Shown piece by piece: positions 52,461 to 64,000 of a DNA stretch of 64,000 nt. Where the stretch lies: NCBI GenBank assembly GCA_951406725.2, contig OX597818.1, forward strand, positions 46,066,001-46,130,000, in the 5' to 3' direction. The notes below the pieces were generated by a model. It had not been told where the DNA came from, did no database searches, and worked only from the letters and a program-made list of their open reading frames with translations. This DNA comes from Octopus vulgaris (taxonomy: Eukaryota). Position numbers and translations under genes: made by a program. Position 1 is the first letter of the stretch. The number at the start of each line of letters is the position of its first letter.

Positions 52461-53339
52461 TTTTGCTAAATAAAAGAAAAGAAAGACTAGAAAAATGGTT
52501 TTTGTAATAAGTTTTTAGCAAATTCTAGATTGCTGCATGAAACAAATGTCTGGACCGTATAAAAAAAAACAAAAAAATAAGGGTATTTTCAGCAATTTCT
52601 TTCTACTCTACTCACAAAATTTGAGAAACTCTCTAGTGCTAGTGCCATGATATAATGCAAACAGTACACTTTGGAAAGTGGAAGGTGTTAATAAGGGTGT
52701 CTATCCATAGAAACTACGTTAAAAATGAGATGTACAAGCAAGAGATGGTCCTTTGACTTGTCCAAGAGAGAAGTAGCTCTGAATAAAACTGACTTGGATC
52801 TTGGTGATTCATTCAACACATCAATGTATGAAAAACAAATGTAAAATAGTTATGGTGGTGGTGGCAGTCATGATGATGAGATAACAGTGACAAAAAAAAA
52901 AAAAACAGAAAATCAAATCAGAAATTTTTTTTTATATACTATTAGAAGTATAATTATGGAGCTTTTAGTAGTGATCAAATGCATTTTTTTTCCATCCATT
53001 TGTTCATGGTGATGATGATGAGAATAATGAACTATCACTAATACTGGTTTTATTTAACTTAATATTTGAACTCATTGATTGTTTGATATTAACTGGTGAA
53101 TAGCTAATGACGCTGATGAATGAGGTGGTTTATTGATTAACACAGGTACGCATGCACTCATACACACACCTCACAATGCAAACAGATGTGAACATGCAAA
53201 TAAAATATGAATAAATCAAATGAATTTATTAACTTATATTCCAGAAATGGGAATCTTTCCAATAGTTGATATTCATGTTCATTAAACAAATGAACCAAAA
53301 TATGCATACAAAAAAATGATAATATTTTTTCTCATTTTG

Positions 53340-53573
53340 GCTCAAGGCCAGCAATTTTGAAGAGAAGAAGTGGATTAAATTGATTCCGTCAATACATATT
53401 TTATTGACTCCAAGAGGATGAAAAGCAGAAAACAACCTCAGCAGCATTTGAACTCAGAATGTGTAGAGTCAGAAGAAATGCCACTAAGCAATTTGCCCAA
53501 TATGCTAATAATTCTGCCAGCTCACTGCTTTAATAATAATAATAATAATAATAATAATGCTGCTACTGCTGCT

Positions 53574-53604
<31 letters not shown>

Positions 53605-53780
53605 ACGATGACGATGACGACGACGACGACGACGATGACGACGACGACGACGACAATAATAGTAATAACAATAATAATAATAATAACAATAATAATAATA
53701 ATAACAACAGCAACACTAACAATAGTAATAATAATAATGATAATAACAATAATAGTAATAATAACAACAGCAACAATAAC

Positions 53781-53811
<31 letters not shown>

Positions 53812-54705
53812 ACAACAGCAACAATAACAGTAATAATAATAATAATAATAATAACAACAACAGCAACAATAACAATAGTAATAATAATGATGATAATAAT
53901 AATAATAATAATACAACAATAACAACAACAACCACAATATGCACGCATCCTACGTAAAATGCTTTCAATACAGTAAAAATAAGAATATCACAACAAACCA
54001 CAGCACATACCCAAGGCACACACACATGTGCTTGGTAGCACATTGCAAGCAGATGATGATGACGACGATGCTGCCGCTGCCGCCCAGTTCTCAACTGTTA
54101 CTGATTTTATTGACCCCCACCTCAAAACATAAAAAGCAAAATTGATTATAGCAGAATTTGAACCCAGAACATAAAGAGCTGTAAGAAATTCCTCTAAGCA
54201 TTTTGTCCAATGCACTAATGATTCTGCCAGTTTACCACTTTTATAATAATAATAATTTCAAATTTTGGCACAAGGCCAGCAATTTCAGAAGTGGGGATAA
54301 GTCAATTATATCGGCCCCAGTACTCAACTGGTATTTATTTTATTAACCTTGAAAGGGTAAAAGGGAAAGTTGACCTCCGTGGAATTTGAACTCAGAATGT
54401 AAAGATGGACAAAATGCCATTAAGCATTTTGCCCAGGGTGCTAACAATTCTGCCAGCTTACCTTCTTATAATAATAATAATAATCCTTTCTACTGTAGGT
54501 ACAAGGCCTGAAATTTGGAGGGTGGAGAGGGGTTAAATCAATTACATCAACCCCAGTACTCAACTGGTACTTAATTTATTGACCCTGAAAGGATGAAAGG
54601 CAAAGTTGACCTTGGCAGAACTTGAACTCAGAACATAGCAACAGGAGAAATACTGCTAGGCATTTTGCTCAGCATGCTAACGATTCTGCCAGCTCATCGC
54701 CTTCC
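53340..54705 (-). mobile_element. Head-to-tail cluster of SINE family B copies separated by (AAT)n
   Basis: Four copies sharing gaatttgaactcagaa ... ctaagcattttg ... attctgccagct. Confidence 0.78.
53530..53935. repeat. Compound trinucleotide microsatellite (AAT/GCT/GAT/GAC/AAC)
   Basis: Direct reading; includes repeated aacaacagcaacaataacagtaat higher-order units. Confidence 0.92.
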
Positions 54706-55081
54706 TCATTATAATAATAACAGCATGCAAATGGATATTTTAAAAATCTAATAACTATATAGAGCAGTGAATGGAATAAAATTTTTAAAAATATTTTTAC
54801 TAATCTCTGCATTCATTAGCAGGAAAAATTACCTTGATCCTCCAAAAAAATGTGGTCTCCTTTCTGACATTTTTATTATACTTTTTGCTAGGAAAATAAT
54901 TTTCAGATTTTTTGTTTTTGAACATCAGAGTTTCAGAATTTGCAAAAAAATATATTCTTGACTACCCTTCATCTTCAAAGACAAATAGCTCTTTTATTGC
55001 TTAAAAGAAATAGATAAATTTTTTTGTTCTCAGAATCTGTATTTCTGTTGCTTAGAAAAGAAAAAGGCTGATAATAACAGT

Positions 55082-55360
55082 CATCATCATCGTCATCATC
55101 ATCATCATCATCATTTAACGTCCGCTTTCCATGCTAGCATGGGTTGGACGATTTGACTGAAGACTGGTGAACCAGATGGCTGCACCAGGCTCCAATCTTG
55201 ATCTGGCAGAGTTTCTACAGCTGGATGCCCTTCCTAACGCCAACCACTCCGAGAGTGTAGTGGGTGCTTTTACGTGTCACTGGCACGAGGGCCAGTCAGG
55301 CGGTACTGGCAACGGCCACGCTCAAATGGTGTTTTTTACATCCCACCTGCACAGGTGGCA
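55082..55360 (-). mobile_element. Repeat family C
   Basis: Reverse copy starting at (CAT)n. Confidence 0.75.
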
Positions 55361-55625
55361 AAGTCAAAAGTATTGATGGTGGTGGCATCAGAAGTCTGAA
55401 TGGTGTGTGTATGGCAGTTGTGGTGGTACTGGTGATGGTGATAGTTGAAAACAATCAACAGAAAGAGAGAGAGAGAAAGAAAGAGGTTAGATAAAAAAGA
55501 AATTGTACTGACCCCCGAATGGGAAGACAAAGAATATTGAGATTGAAAAGATCCATGTTGTTTATCATGCAGCTTTGCAATAAGTTCCAAGTTAGCAAAT
55601 TATATCTTGTTTTGATGAAAGTCAA

Positions 55626-56008
55626 CTCTTTTACTCTTTTACTTGTTTCAGTCATTTGACTGTGGCCATGCTGGAGCACCACCTTAAGTCGAGCAAATCG
55701 ACTCCAGGACTTATTCTTTGTAGGCCTAGTACTTATTCTATCGGTCTCTTTTGCCAAACGTAAACACACCAGCATCGGTTGTCAAGCGATGTTGGGGTGA
55801 CAAACATATACACACACACATACACATATATATGTACATATATATGATGGGCTTCTTTCAGTTTCCGTCTACCAAATCCATTTACAAGGCCTTGGTTGGC
55901 CCGAGGCTATAGTAGAAGGCATTTGTCCAAGGTGCCATGCAGTGGGACTGAACCCGGAATCATGTGGTTGGTAAGCAAGCTACTTACCACACAGCCACTC
56001 CTACGCCT
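55626..56008 (-). mobile_element. SINE family A
   Basis: Full-length reverse copy. Confidence 0.85.
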
Positions 56009-57363
56009 TTAATATGTATTCAGTGCCAAGGCCCAATGAAGAGCCCTCCACAGGAGCTAGTTTAAAAGCTGCCCTATCAGGTGGCCTTTAAGCTAGTTTC
56101 CAATATTCTGCAAAAGCATGTCTGACAATGAAGTAATATTTCCTTGCTTGAAAAATGATGAGGGTTGATGATAGGAACAGCATTTCACCAGAGAAAATCT
56201 GTCGTATTTAACTCTGTCCAATCCATGGAAAAGTAGACATTAAAATGATGATGATCATCATCATCACACACACACACTCTCTCTCTCTTAGTGGTCCTTT
56301 TTCAGTTTATGTGTACAAGATCCACTTGCAAGGCTTTAGTTGGCCCAGGGCTATAGTAGTACCATTCAGTGGAACTGAACCTGAAGTCATGTGGGCAGGA
56401 AGCAAGCTTCTTAACTACACAGCTATTCTTGCACCTAATGGAAATAAATTCACTGCTTATAACACTAACGGTGCTTCCTGTTAATGTAAGCAATCAGTGT
56501 TTAAAAAACTGAGAAAAACACTTCAACAGAAAGTGCCTGTAGGTTGTAGTGGTTAAAAGAAAGGAAAGGAAAGACAGTGCAAATTGCTACTTTCAAGGTC
56601 AAGAAGATGACACAGTAAAAATGACAGGAAGAGCTGAGGTAAAGTAAGTGCATTAATTAGAGTGGAATTTTATATCCTATAAAAGAAGAATATCTTCAAA
56701 CCAAGCTACACAAGGATTCACTTTTATGAGCCTCTTCCCAACGAAATGAGAGGCATAAATTTAAAGACTGTGTATATGGCATATACTTCTGTAGTAACTA
56801 TTGACAGAATGGTTATGTTTAGAAGAAAAACGAGAAAGAAAAAAAAAAAAGAATTATGAAAGGAAAACAAATGTAATATTAGAATTTACACTGGCAGCAA
56901 TATATCGGTAGAGAAATGCTATATTTCATAAACATAGTGTGGGCCACATATATTAGCTGTGATGTCAGCAATGTTATGCAATGAACAAGTGTTTGTTGAC
57001 TTACAGAATACAGGTCCCCTCCTTAAATTCTAAACAAATCACTCACACAAGCCATAAACGTCAGTGGTTCACACAAAATTTTTTCAGTGCGGGTACATTT
57101 GAACGAATGGAACCTTGAAGATTTGCCCCTAACTTGTTAAGCGTGAAAATTTTTAATCACGACCTCTCAATTAATTTTCCTGATATTTTTCCTTCCTTTT
57201 ATTTTTAATACTTAGATTTCTTTGAATTTTTGCTTAGTTTTCAGAAATTCAGAATCTGCAAAAAGGAGAAAAAAACAAACTATTTTTCTTAATCAGAAAC
57301 TGGATTATGATTTGGAGATTTGCAACTGCTTTATAATGTGTGTGTGTGTGTGTGTGTGTGTGA

Positions 57364-57700
57364 AGGCACATGGCTCTGTGGTTAGAGCGTCGACCTGACA
57401 ATCATGAGGTTGTAAGTTTGATTCCCGGACCGGGCTGTGTGTTGTGTTCTTGAGCAAGACACTTTATTTCATGTTGCTCCAGTTAACTCAGCTGTAGAAA
57501 TGAGTTGTGACATCCCTGGTGCCAAGCTGTATCGACCTTTACACTTCCCTTGGATAACATCAGTGGTGTGGAGAAGGGAGGCTGGTATGCATGGGCGACT
57601 GCTGGTCTTCCATAAAAACAACTTTGCCCAGACTTGTGCCTGGCAGGGTAACTTTCTAGGTGCAATCCCATGGTCATTCATGACTGAAGGGGGTCTCCTC
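57364..57700 (+). mobile_element. tRNA-derived SINE family D (V-domain-like)
   Basis: ggcacatggctctgtggttagagc ... gtgttcttgagcaagacact. Second copy reversed at 24540-24862. Confidence 0.8.
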
Positions 57701-57773
57701 CTCTTATATATATATATATATAAATATTACATTTCTAAATATCTCAGAGAGATATAAGTAGTAGTGGTATGAT

Positions 57774-58041
57774 AGAGTAGTTGTATACTGTCAACTTAAT
57801 GTGACAATCCTATGAAGGGAATCACACCACTGCTATTTAGTCCTAGGAAGCATCAACGCTTCCTGTTGGCCTTGACACATTTCCTGTGTCCTTATGTTTA
57901 CAAGGGGGAGACAAGCACCCCCACCCAGCTAAGCCTAAATGTGTCAAGGCCGACAGGAAGTGTTGATGCTTCCTAGGGCTAAATAGCAGTGGTGTGATTC
58001 CCTTCATGGGAATGTCACATTAAGTTGACAGTATACAACTA

Positions 58042-58045
<4 letters not shown>
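57774..58045. repeat. Fold-back inverted repeat
   Basis: Arms 57774-57882 and 57937-58045 (109 bp, a few mismatches); 54-bp spacer; right end abuts (CT)n(TA)n. Confidence 0.92.
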
Positions 58046-58075
<30 letters not shown>

Positions 58076-58334
58076 CCAAAAATTTGGGAATAGAGTTGAT
58101 AAAATCCAGGCTACATATGTTTCATAACTAGCAGAATCTTGGAAATAGTAATTATCCAAAACGAGGGGTAGACCGCAAGCTACTCTTCTCTCTCTCTCTC
58201 ACACACTCACATGCACACACAAATAAAAATGCTTTTATACTCTTTTATTCTTTTACTTGTTTTGGTCATTAGACTGTGGCCATGCTGGGGCACTGGTTTG
58301 AAGAATTCTTAGTCGACCAAATTGATCCCAGTAT

Positions 58335-58515
58335 ATGTGATGTTGTTTGTTTCCAGTCTTCCATGGGAAAACATGTCTGGCCACAGAAAAATATTACCTT
58401 ACTTGGAAACAGATGAAGGTTGGTGACAGGAAAGGCATCCGGCTGTAGAAGATCTGCCTCAACAAAATTCCATCTGACTCATGCAAGCATGAAATGATAG
58501 ACATTTAATGATGAT
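58335..58515 (+). mobile_element. Short repeat family sharing the gacaggaagggcatcc ... (GAT)n tail
   Basis: Similar copies near 3712-3930 (-), 14330-14520, 27535-27755 and 56100-56250. Confidence 0.65.
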
Positions 58516-58759
58516 GTTTAATGTATTGAGTTTAGATTCCTTTTTTTTTTTTTGAAGACTTTTATCTCGTTTGAAAAATCTAAAAAAATTTTTTGTTGAT
58601 AAAAATCCAAAGACTATGTGTATTGTGAAAAAAAAATAAACATTAGCAATAAAGTGTAAAAAATCTACATTCAAGAGAATAAGTACTCAAAATGTAGTTT
58701 GCTGCTCAGGGTAGTTAAAGGAGATTATTGCAAATGTTATTGCAAGTGTCCAAGACTTG

Positions 58760-59163
58760 CTGTAAGGCGGCGAGCTGGCAGAAACATTAGCATGCCAGGC
58801 AAAATGCTTAGTGGTATTTCATCTGCCTTTACGTTCTGAGTTCAAATTCCGCCAAGATCGACTTTACCTTTCATCCTTTCGGGGTCGATTAAATAAGTAC
58901 CAGTTACGCACTGGGGTCGATATAATCTGTTTGTCTGTCCTTGTTTGTCCTCTCTGTGTTTAGCCCCTTGTGGCTAGTAAAGAAATAGGTATTTCGTCTG
59001 CCATTACGTTCTGAGTTCAAATTCTGCCAAGGTTGACTTTGCCTTTCATCCTTTCAGGGATTAAGTACCAGTTATGCACTGGGGTTGATGTAATTGACTT
59101 AATCCCTTTGTCTGTCCTTGTTTGTCCTCTCTATGTTTAGCCCCTTGTGGGCAATAAAAAAAT
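58760..59163 (+). mobile_element. tRNA-derived SINE family B (Meta-domain-like), partial tandem dimer
   Basis: Head ggcggcgagctggcagaaac, B-box gagttcaaatt, central gcctttcatcctttcggggtcgat..aagtacc. Flanked by 16-bp TSD aagtgtccaagacttg (58744-58759 and 59164-59179). Confidence 0.88.
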
Positions 59164-60829
59164 AAGTGTCCAAGACTTGACTTAGGTTTGGATTGGATTT
59201 GATTGCTCATATTCAGTCCACTTCAAGACGAGGACCTCAGCATGTTCTCTCCACCAACCACAGTCTCATGTGGTGGCCATGAATTTGAGCTTGAGATCAT
59301 ACTAGTTTGATGAGCTTTCTCTGCCACACCGGCTAGACATGGCTTGGCAGAAGGGTGCTGATTTTATACTCTTACCCAGGAGTAGTTAAGTCAATTACAT
59401 CAACCCCAGTGTTCAATTAGTACTTATTTTATCAGCCCTAAAAGGATGATACCCTGGTAAAAATTGATTCATTGCTTATATTACTAATGTCATACATTTT
59501 CATCACCTTCTACAATTCCATTGTCCTCTTGTGCCAATTTTAGAAAAAATCTTTGCTAAACTTAAATGCTACCTGTCAAAACCTAAAAAGAACACTTGGA
59601 CTGGAAGTGATTTCCTTCGGCGTTGTAGTCTTGGGAAGGAAGAAAAGGAAAGACAGTGCAAGTAGCTAATTTTGAGGTCAGTGAAATAACACAGTAAAAG
59701 TGACAGGGAGAGATGAGGGAAAGTAAATACATTGGTGGGGGTGGGGATAGGGGGGGTCATATTTCCATTAGAATGAGATTTCTTTAAGCCATACATGAAA
59801 TAACTTTTACGATCTTCCAATGTAATAGGTTACAGGCTTAAGGATTGTATATATGGAAATATACTTTTTGTAGCAGTACATTGTAATTAGTGACAGAATG
59901 GTTACATTTAGAAAAGGAAAAGGAAGAGAAAGAAGATGATCAGAATTCACATTGGAAGCAATTTATTGGTAGAACGATGTATTTTACATAGGCTTAATGT
60001 GGCTCACATATATTATCTGTGACGTCAGTTACGTTGCTCAGTGAACAAGTAGTGTTTGTAGACTTAGAGAATTACAATAATAAAAAGAAAAAAAAACATT
60101 AAATCCTCAATTACACACACACACACACATGCATGCATTAAATGTAAATGGCACACATGTATACAGATAATTTTTGACAGTGTCTGTGCATTTGAATGGA
60201 ATGAAAGATAACAGAAATGGAACCTTGAACATCAGTCGATGACTAATATTCGTTTTTCCTCACTACGTATTTATTTTTAATTAGCTACTTGATGCTCTTG
60301 CATTAGATATGTCAACACTAGCTTAATTAATGTTTAAAATAGTTAAGTGCAGGTTAATATAATTTAGTGAGCCAAAAAGAAAATTTTAATCATTTGAAAT
60401 TATATGCATAAGAAGGAGAAAAGTCTTCAACATTAATTAGAATTCATTGCAAAAGAACAAAGGAGAGAATTGAAATTTAAATTGGCTAAAAATTTAGCAA
60501 AGATATTCAGTGTGGATTGAATATAATCTTTGGTAAGTATGGTGTCAATTTTGAACTTGTTTTGGTCTTATTACACCTCTTCAAGTAAGCATGTTTGTGG
60601 AGCTAGTAAGTAGGGAGAACATCTATTTCATCAATCTGGTTATACTGTGGGGTACCATGGACAGAGAATGCTAATGGTCCTTTATAAGTTTGATTATGTT
60701 ACGAAAAAGAATTTTGAGAAGTTTTTTTGCATTTTTTATTTACACTTTAGATCAATTTCTTCTTTGGACCAAATCAAACTTTGAAAGCAGATGTTTAAGT
60801 ATAGTCCTGGGCAAGACAAACTGAATCTG

Positions 60830-61480
60830 GTTGTGAGACTCCATTCCAGGAGTTCAGCTATTTTGGAGAGTGTGAAGTTATTCCCTAATTACCACTAGGT
60901 AATATAGGTATATATGACTTGGAAGAGAGCTGACCCCTAGACACGTGTTGTTTGGGTCCACTAGGGTGTGGACACACATTCATGTCTTGTGGGTCAATCC
61001 TTCTGCTTAATCATTACATAGCTTTATGCTTGAGGGGTACGCTCAAGAGAGCAGGAAACTAGCAGTGTTAATTGTAAATAAACTAACAAAAGGTAACAGG
61101 AACCCACTGGTATTTGTTTCGAAAGGAAAGTTGTGAATGTTCAGATCTTGGTATGGAAATTCATGATTGTTGATGCCTGAAAGAATTATCCGTTTCAATA
61201 ATGAATTCAACAATACTTTGAGTTCCATAAGACTAGGAGTAAATAGCAAGTGAATTCTGCAAGTGAATTCTGATTTTGGTTAAGTTTCCCAATTAAGGGA
61301 AATTACCCAGAAACCATTGGTCTGCTGGTACTGCCAATGATTAGAAGGGAGTAGTAGGCCCCTTACAGTATGTCTTGGATACAGATCATGTGTCGATAAA
61401 CCGGCTTGAAAAGATGTTTTCCTGGGGTTCAAAAGTAATAACATAGTCCTATTCAGGACTGCCACGTTATGTTGGCAAAT
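60830..61480 (-). mobile_element. Possible degenerate LINE C-terminal remnant (RNase H / zinc knuckle region)
   Basis: FWVIS..G..NQN..SLA resembles RNase H WVP.H.G..GNE.AD.LA, and IDPQDMNVCP resembles the pre-knuckle segment. Many stops. Confidence 0.3.
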
Positions 61481-62724
61481 AAACTTTACTATCCAATACT
61501 GTTACTATATAGATCTCAATCAGAGATTTAAAACTGGTTGTTTTTTCTCCTATTTCACTTTACTTTTACTAATAATCTTTCTGGAAAAGCATAAATATCA
61601 TAACATCATGTTTACTCAATAAATATATGTTTTGTATCTGAGTAAAAAAAAAAAAATTAGGGCAGAGAATTAGGCAAAATAGTAGAAATAGCTTGACCAT
61701 ATTTACTTTTATCTTTTTACATTCTGGATTCAAATGAACCAAGGATTAATTTTGCTTTTCACCTCTCATGGATGGTTTGATAAAGTAATTGAAATATATA
61801 TTTTCATTAATCTAATAAATTATGCCCTCATCCTTTCAGAAATTAGTGTTATGCTGAGATAAAAAGAAATCCCTATATTTAATTGCTAAAATGATTACAT
61901 TAAGTTTCAATTTAGTTGCAGAACTTTTAGCTTGACTTACTAATGTGTTTAAGAAAGACATGAATACCACAGCGTATGATGTTCCTCCTATAAATTTGAA
62001 GCTCGTGCATGAAATCAATCCAATGATACTTTATGTTAGTAAAGAAATCAAAGAAAAACAGATTTAACATCTCTTGAAGTTGGTCTGACTAATTCAACTC
62101 CCAACAGCTAAATTAGTTCTTTACACTCTCTGGTATCATCTAAATAGAATAAACACTGTAAATGTGTTTGTACAAGTTGACTATTCACCATAATTGGTTT
62201 CTATATGAAGTGAGAATAAAATTGAAAGAAAATATCATATATAATGGTGTGTGAACATTGGACAAGACTGTTTCTTTCTGCCGTCCTCCCACTCTGTCCA
62301 TGTTAGCTTGAGGAGAGGGAAGTTATCAATGAATACCCTTCTCAGTCAACATTAACAACAACTCATTATGAGCTTCGTAACACTTCAGTTTTCTAATATT
62401 TAAAGTAATTCTAAGTACCACATTTCTCAACAGCTTCCTCTTTTTCACTCTTATGCTTGTTATTTAATTTTTTTTACTATATTTCTATGATGCTCATTGC
62501 GATGTTTTAAGGACATTATTATATTTTTTACTGATGAGGGGCAGTTGAGTGGTATAAATATAGAGCATAGACTAAATGTCTAACAATATTTAGTTCTGTC
62601 CCTTTCCATTCATATTAAAATTCTAAGGCATTGACATTGCTCTTTATCCTCTTGGGACTGGTAAAATAAGTATAAGTTTCATTGGCTGTGATTCAAACAA
62701 CTATAACTTTTGCTTGAATATTAA

Positions 62725-63312
62725 CCCTTTAGTATTCGCATTATTCTGCCAAAATTAATCCTTTTGCTAACCAACCACATAGTTCCGGGTTCAGTCCCAC
62801 TGCGTGGCATCTTGGGCAAGTGTCTTCTGCTATAGCCTCGGGCCGACCAAAGCCTTCTTAGTGGATTTGGTAGACGGAAACTGAAAGAAGCCTGTCGTAT
62901 ATATGTATATATATGTATGTATGTGTGTGTATATGTTTGTGTGTCTGTGTTTGTCCCTCTAGCATTGCTTGACAACCGATGCTGGTATGTTTACGTCCCC
63001 GTCACTTAGCAGTTCGGCAAAAGAGACCGATAGGATAAGTACTGGGCTTACAAAAGAATAAGTCCCAGGGTCGATTTGCTCGACTAAAGGCGGTGCTCCA
63101 GCATGGCCGCAGTCAAATGACTGAAACAAGTAAAAGAGTAATTGTTTTGAATTAATCATGCATTATCTTGTAGCTATGAGATTTTGATGAGGTAGCTGTT
63201 AATTTTTAAAACAATATTGTAGGGTTGGTGTGAGAGATCAGATCTGGCCAGTTCGACCATAAAACAGGCAGAACACTTTTGGCTGGATATGGCTGGTTTA
63301 AATGCTAAAGGA
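62725..63312. mobile_element. Second piggyBac-type MITE with nested SINE A (62767-63141)
   Basis: ttaa ccctttagtatt ... aatgctaaagga ttaa. Confidence 0.7.
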
Positions 63313-63372
63313 TTAAAATACTTCATTTACAGATGATCTCTTTATTTGGTTAAATCTGTTTAAATGATTTAA

Positions 63373-63593
63373 CCCTTTTGTTACCAACCTGGCTGAAACC
63401 GGCTCTGGCTCTTTAGTATAAATGTCTTGTTTCCATAAGTTTTGAATTCAAAATTTCCACCAAATCTTAGTCACAATTTATGTTCCTAACACTAGCTCAA
63501 TGATAACAATGTTATTTTACTAAATTCTTTCTTATATTTAAAATAATTGGAAGAAACACAGAGCATCTCAAAATAAATACAGTAACGAAAGGG
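63373..63593 (+). mobile_element. piggyBac-type MITE, same family
   Basis: ttaa cccttttgttac ... gtaacgaaaggg ttaa. Confidence 0.88.
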
Positions 63594-64000
63594 TTAACTA
63601 CTTTAGACTGCTGACTACCCAGTGAGAGATCAAGTCATACTATTATTGGTGCAAGCATATCTCTGTGGTTAAGAAACTACAAAAAGAAAAAGAAAAACAT
63701 AAGACAAACATCAATACAATAAAGCAGTGAAACAGATAAATATTTATTTGAAGCTGAAGGAAAAAAAACAAATAAACACAACTTTACAAATCAAATCTCT
63801 TTGTTTCAGTCACTGATTCTTAAGCTGTCGTCCTCATTTAATGTCTCTTTTCCATGCTGATATGGGTTGGATGGCTTGACAAGAACTGGTAAGGTCAGGT
63901 GCTGCTCCAGGTTACAAATAGAAATGAAACAAGTTCTTACAAATATATGATCTTATGTTTTATGCATTTATTATCACTAGAGCAGTGCTACACAAAGCGG

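Larger units (their letters stand above)
56445..60230 (+). repeat. Diverged local direct duplication (56445-57120 versus 59465-60230)
   Basis: Collinear blocks: aaaggaaagacagtgcaa, acacagtaaaa.tgacagg, tgacagaatggtta, cacatatatta.ctgtga.gtcag, tgaacaagt, atggaaccttgaa. Confidence 0.8.

Noticed and set aside
53418-54094. Long poly-N/D/L/I ORFs on both strands
   Set aside because: A compound trinucleotide microsatellite between SINE copies is open in several frames by construction.
56940-56970. miR-2-family-like sequence (catcacagc on the minus strand)
   Set aside because: No complementary arm for a precursor hairpin, and the seed differs in the duplicate copy.

Overview
AT-rich, microsatellite- and SINE-dense eukaryotic genomic DNA. 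The repeat families look like those of an octopod cephalopod; this is an inference, as no search was run. The one host gene I can support is a + strand nuclear receptor of the NR2E group, most like NR2E5/HR83 (P-box [23 protein letters not shown]). Six phase-consistent coding exons run from 1828 to 21539; the start codon is not seen and the ligand-binding domain is very divergent. The rest is mostly mobile DNA: several tRNA-derived SINE families, RTE, I-like and R4/Dong LINE remnants, Penelope-like element (PLE) pieces, a Gypsy integrase relic, mariner, hAT and piggyBac-type MITEs, a Helitron-like element and a Merlin-like MITE carrying telomeric repeats. The most notable non-coding signals are minimal hammerhead ribozyme motifs: one intact at 501-546 and a mirrored pair inside a 1.44 kb near-perfect palindrome at 25770-27205. 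There are also several fold-back inverted repeats with 54-79 bp spacers, locally templated rearrangements, and an old ~700 bp non-coding duplication containing a CRE palindrome. All coordinates were read by eye and edges of degenerate repeats are approximate.
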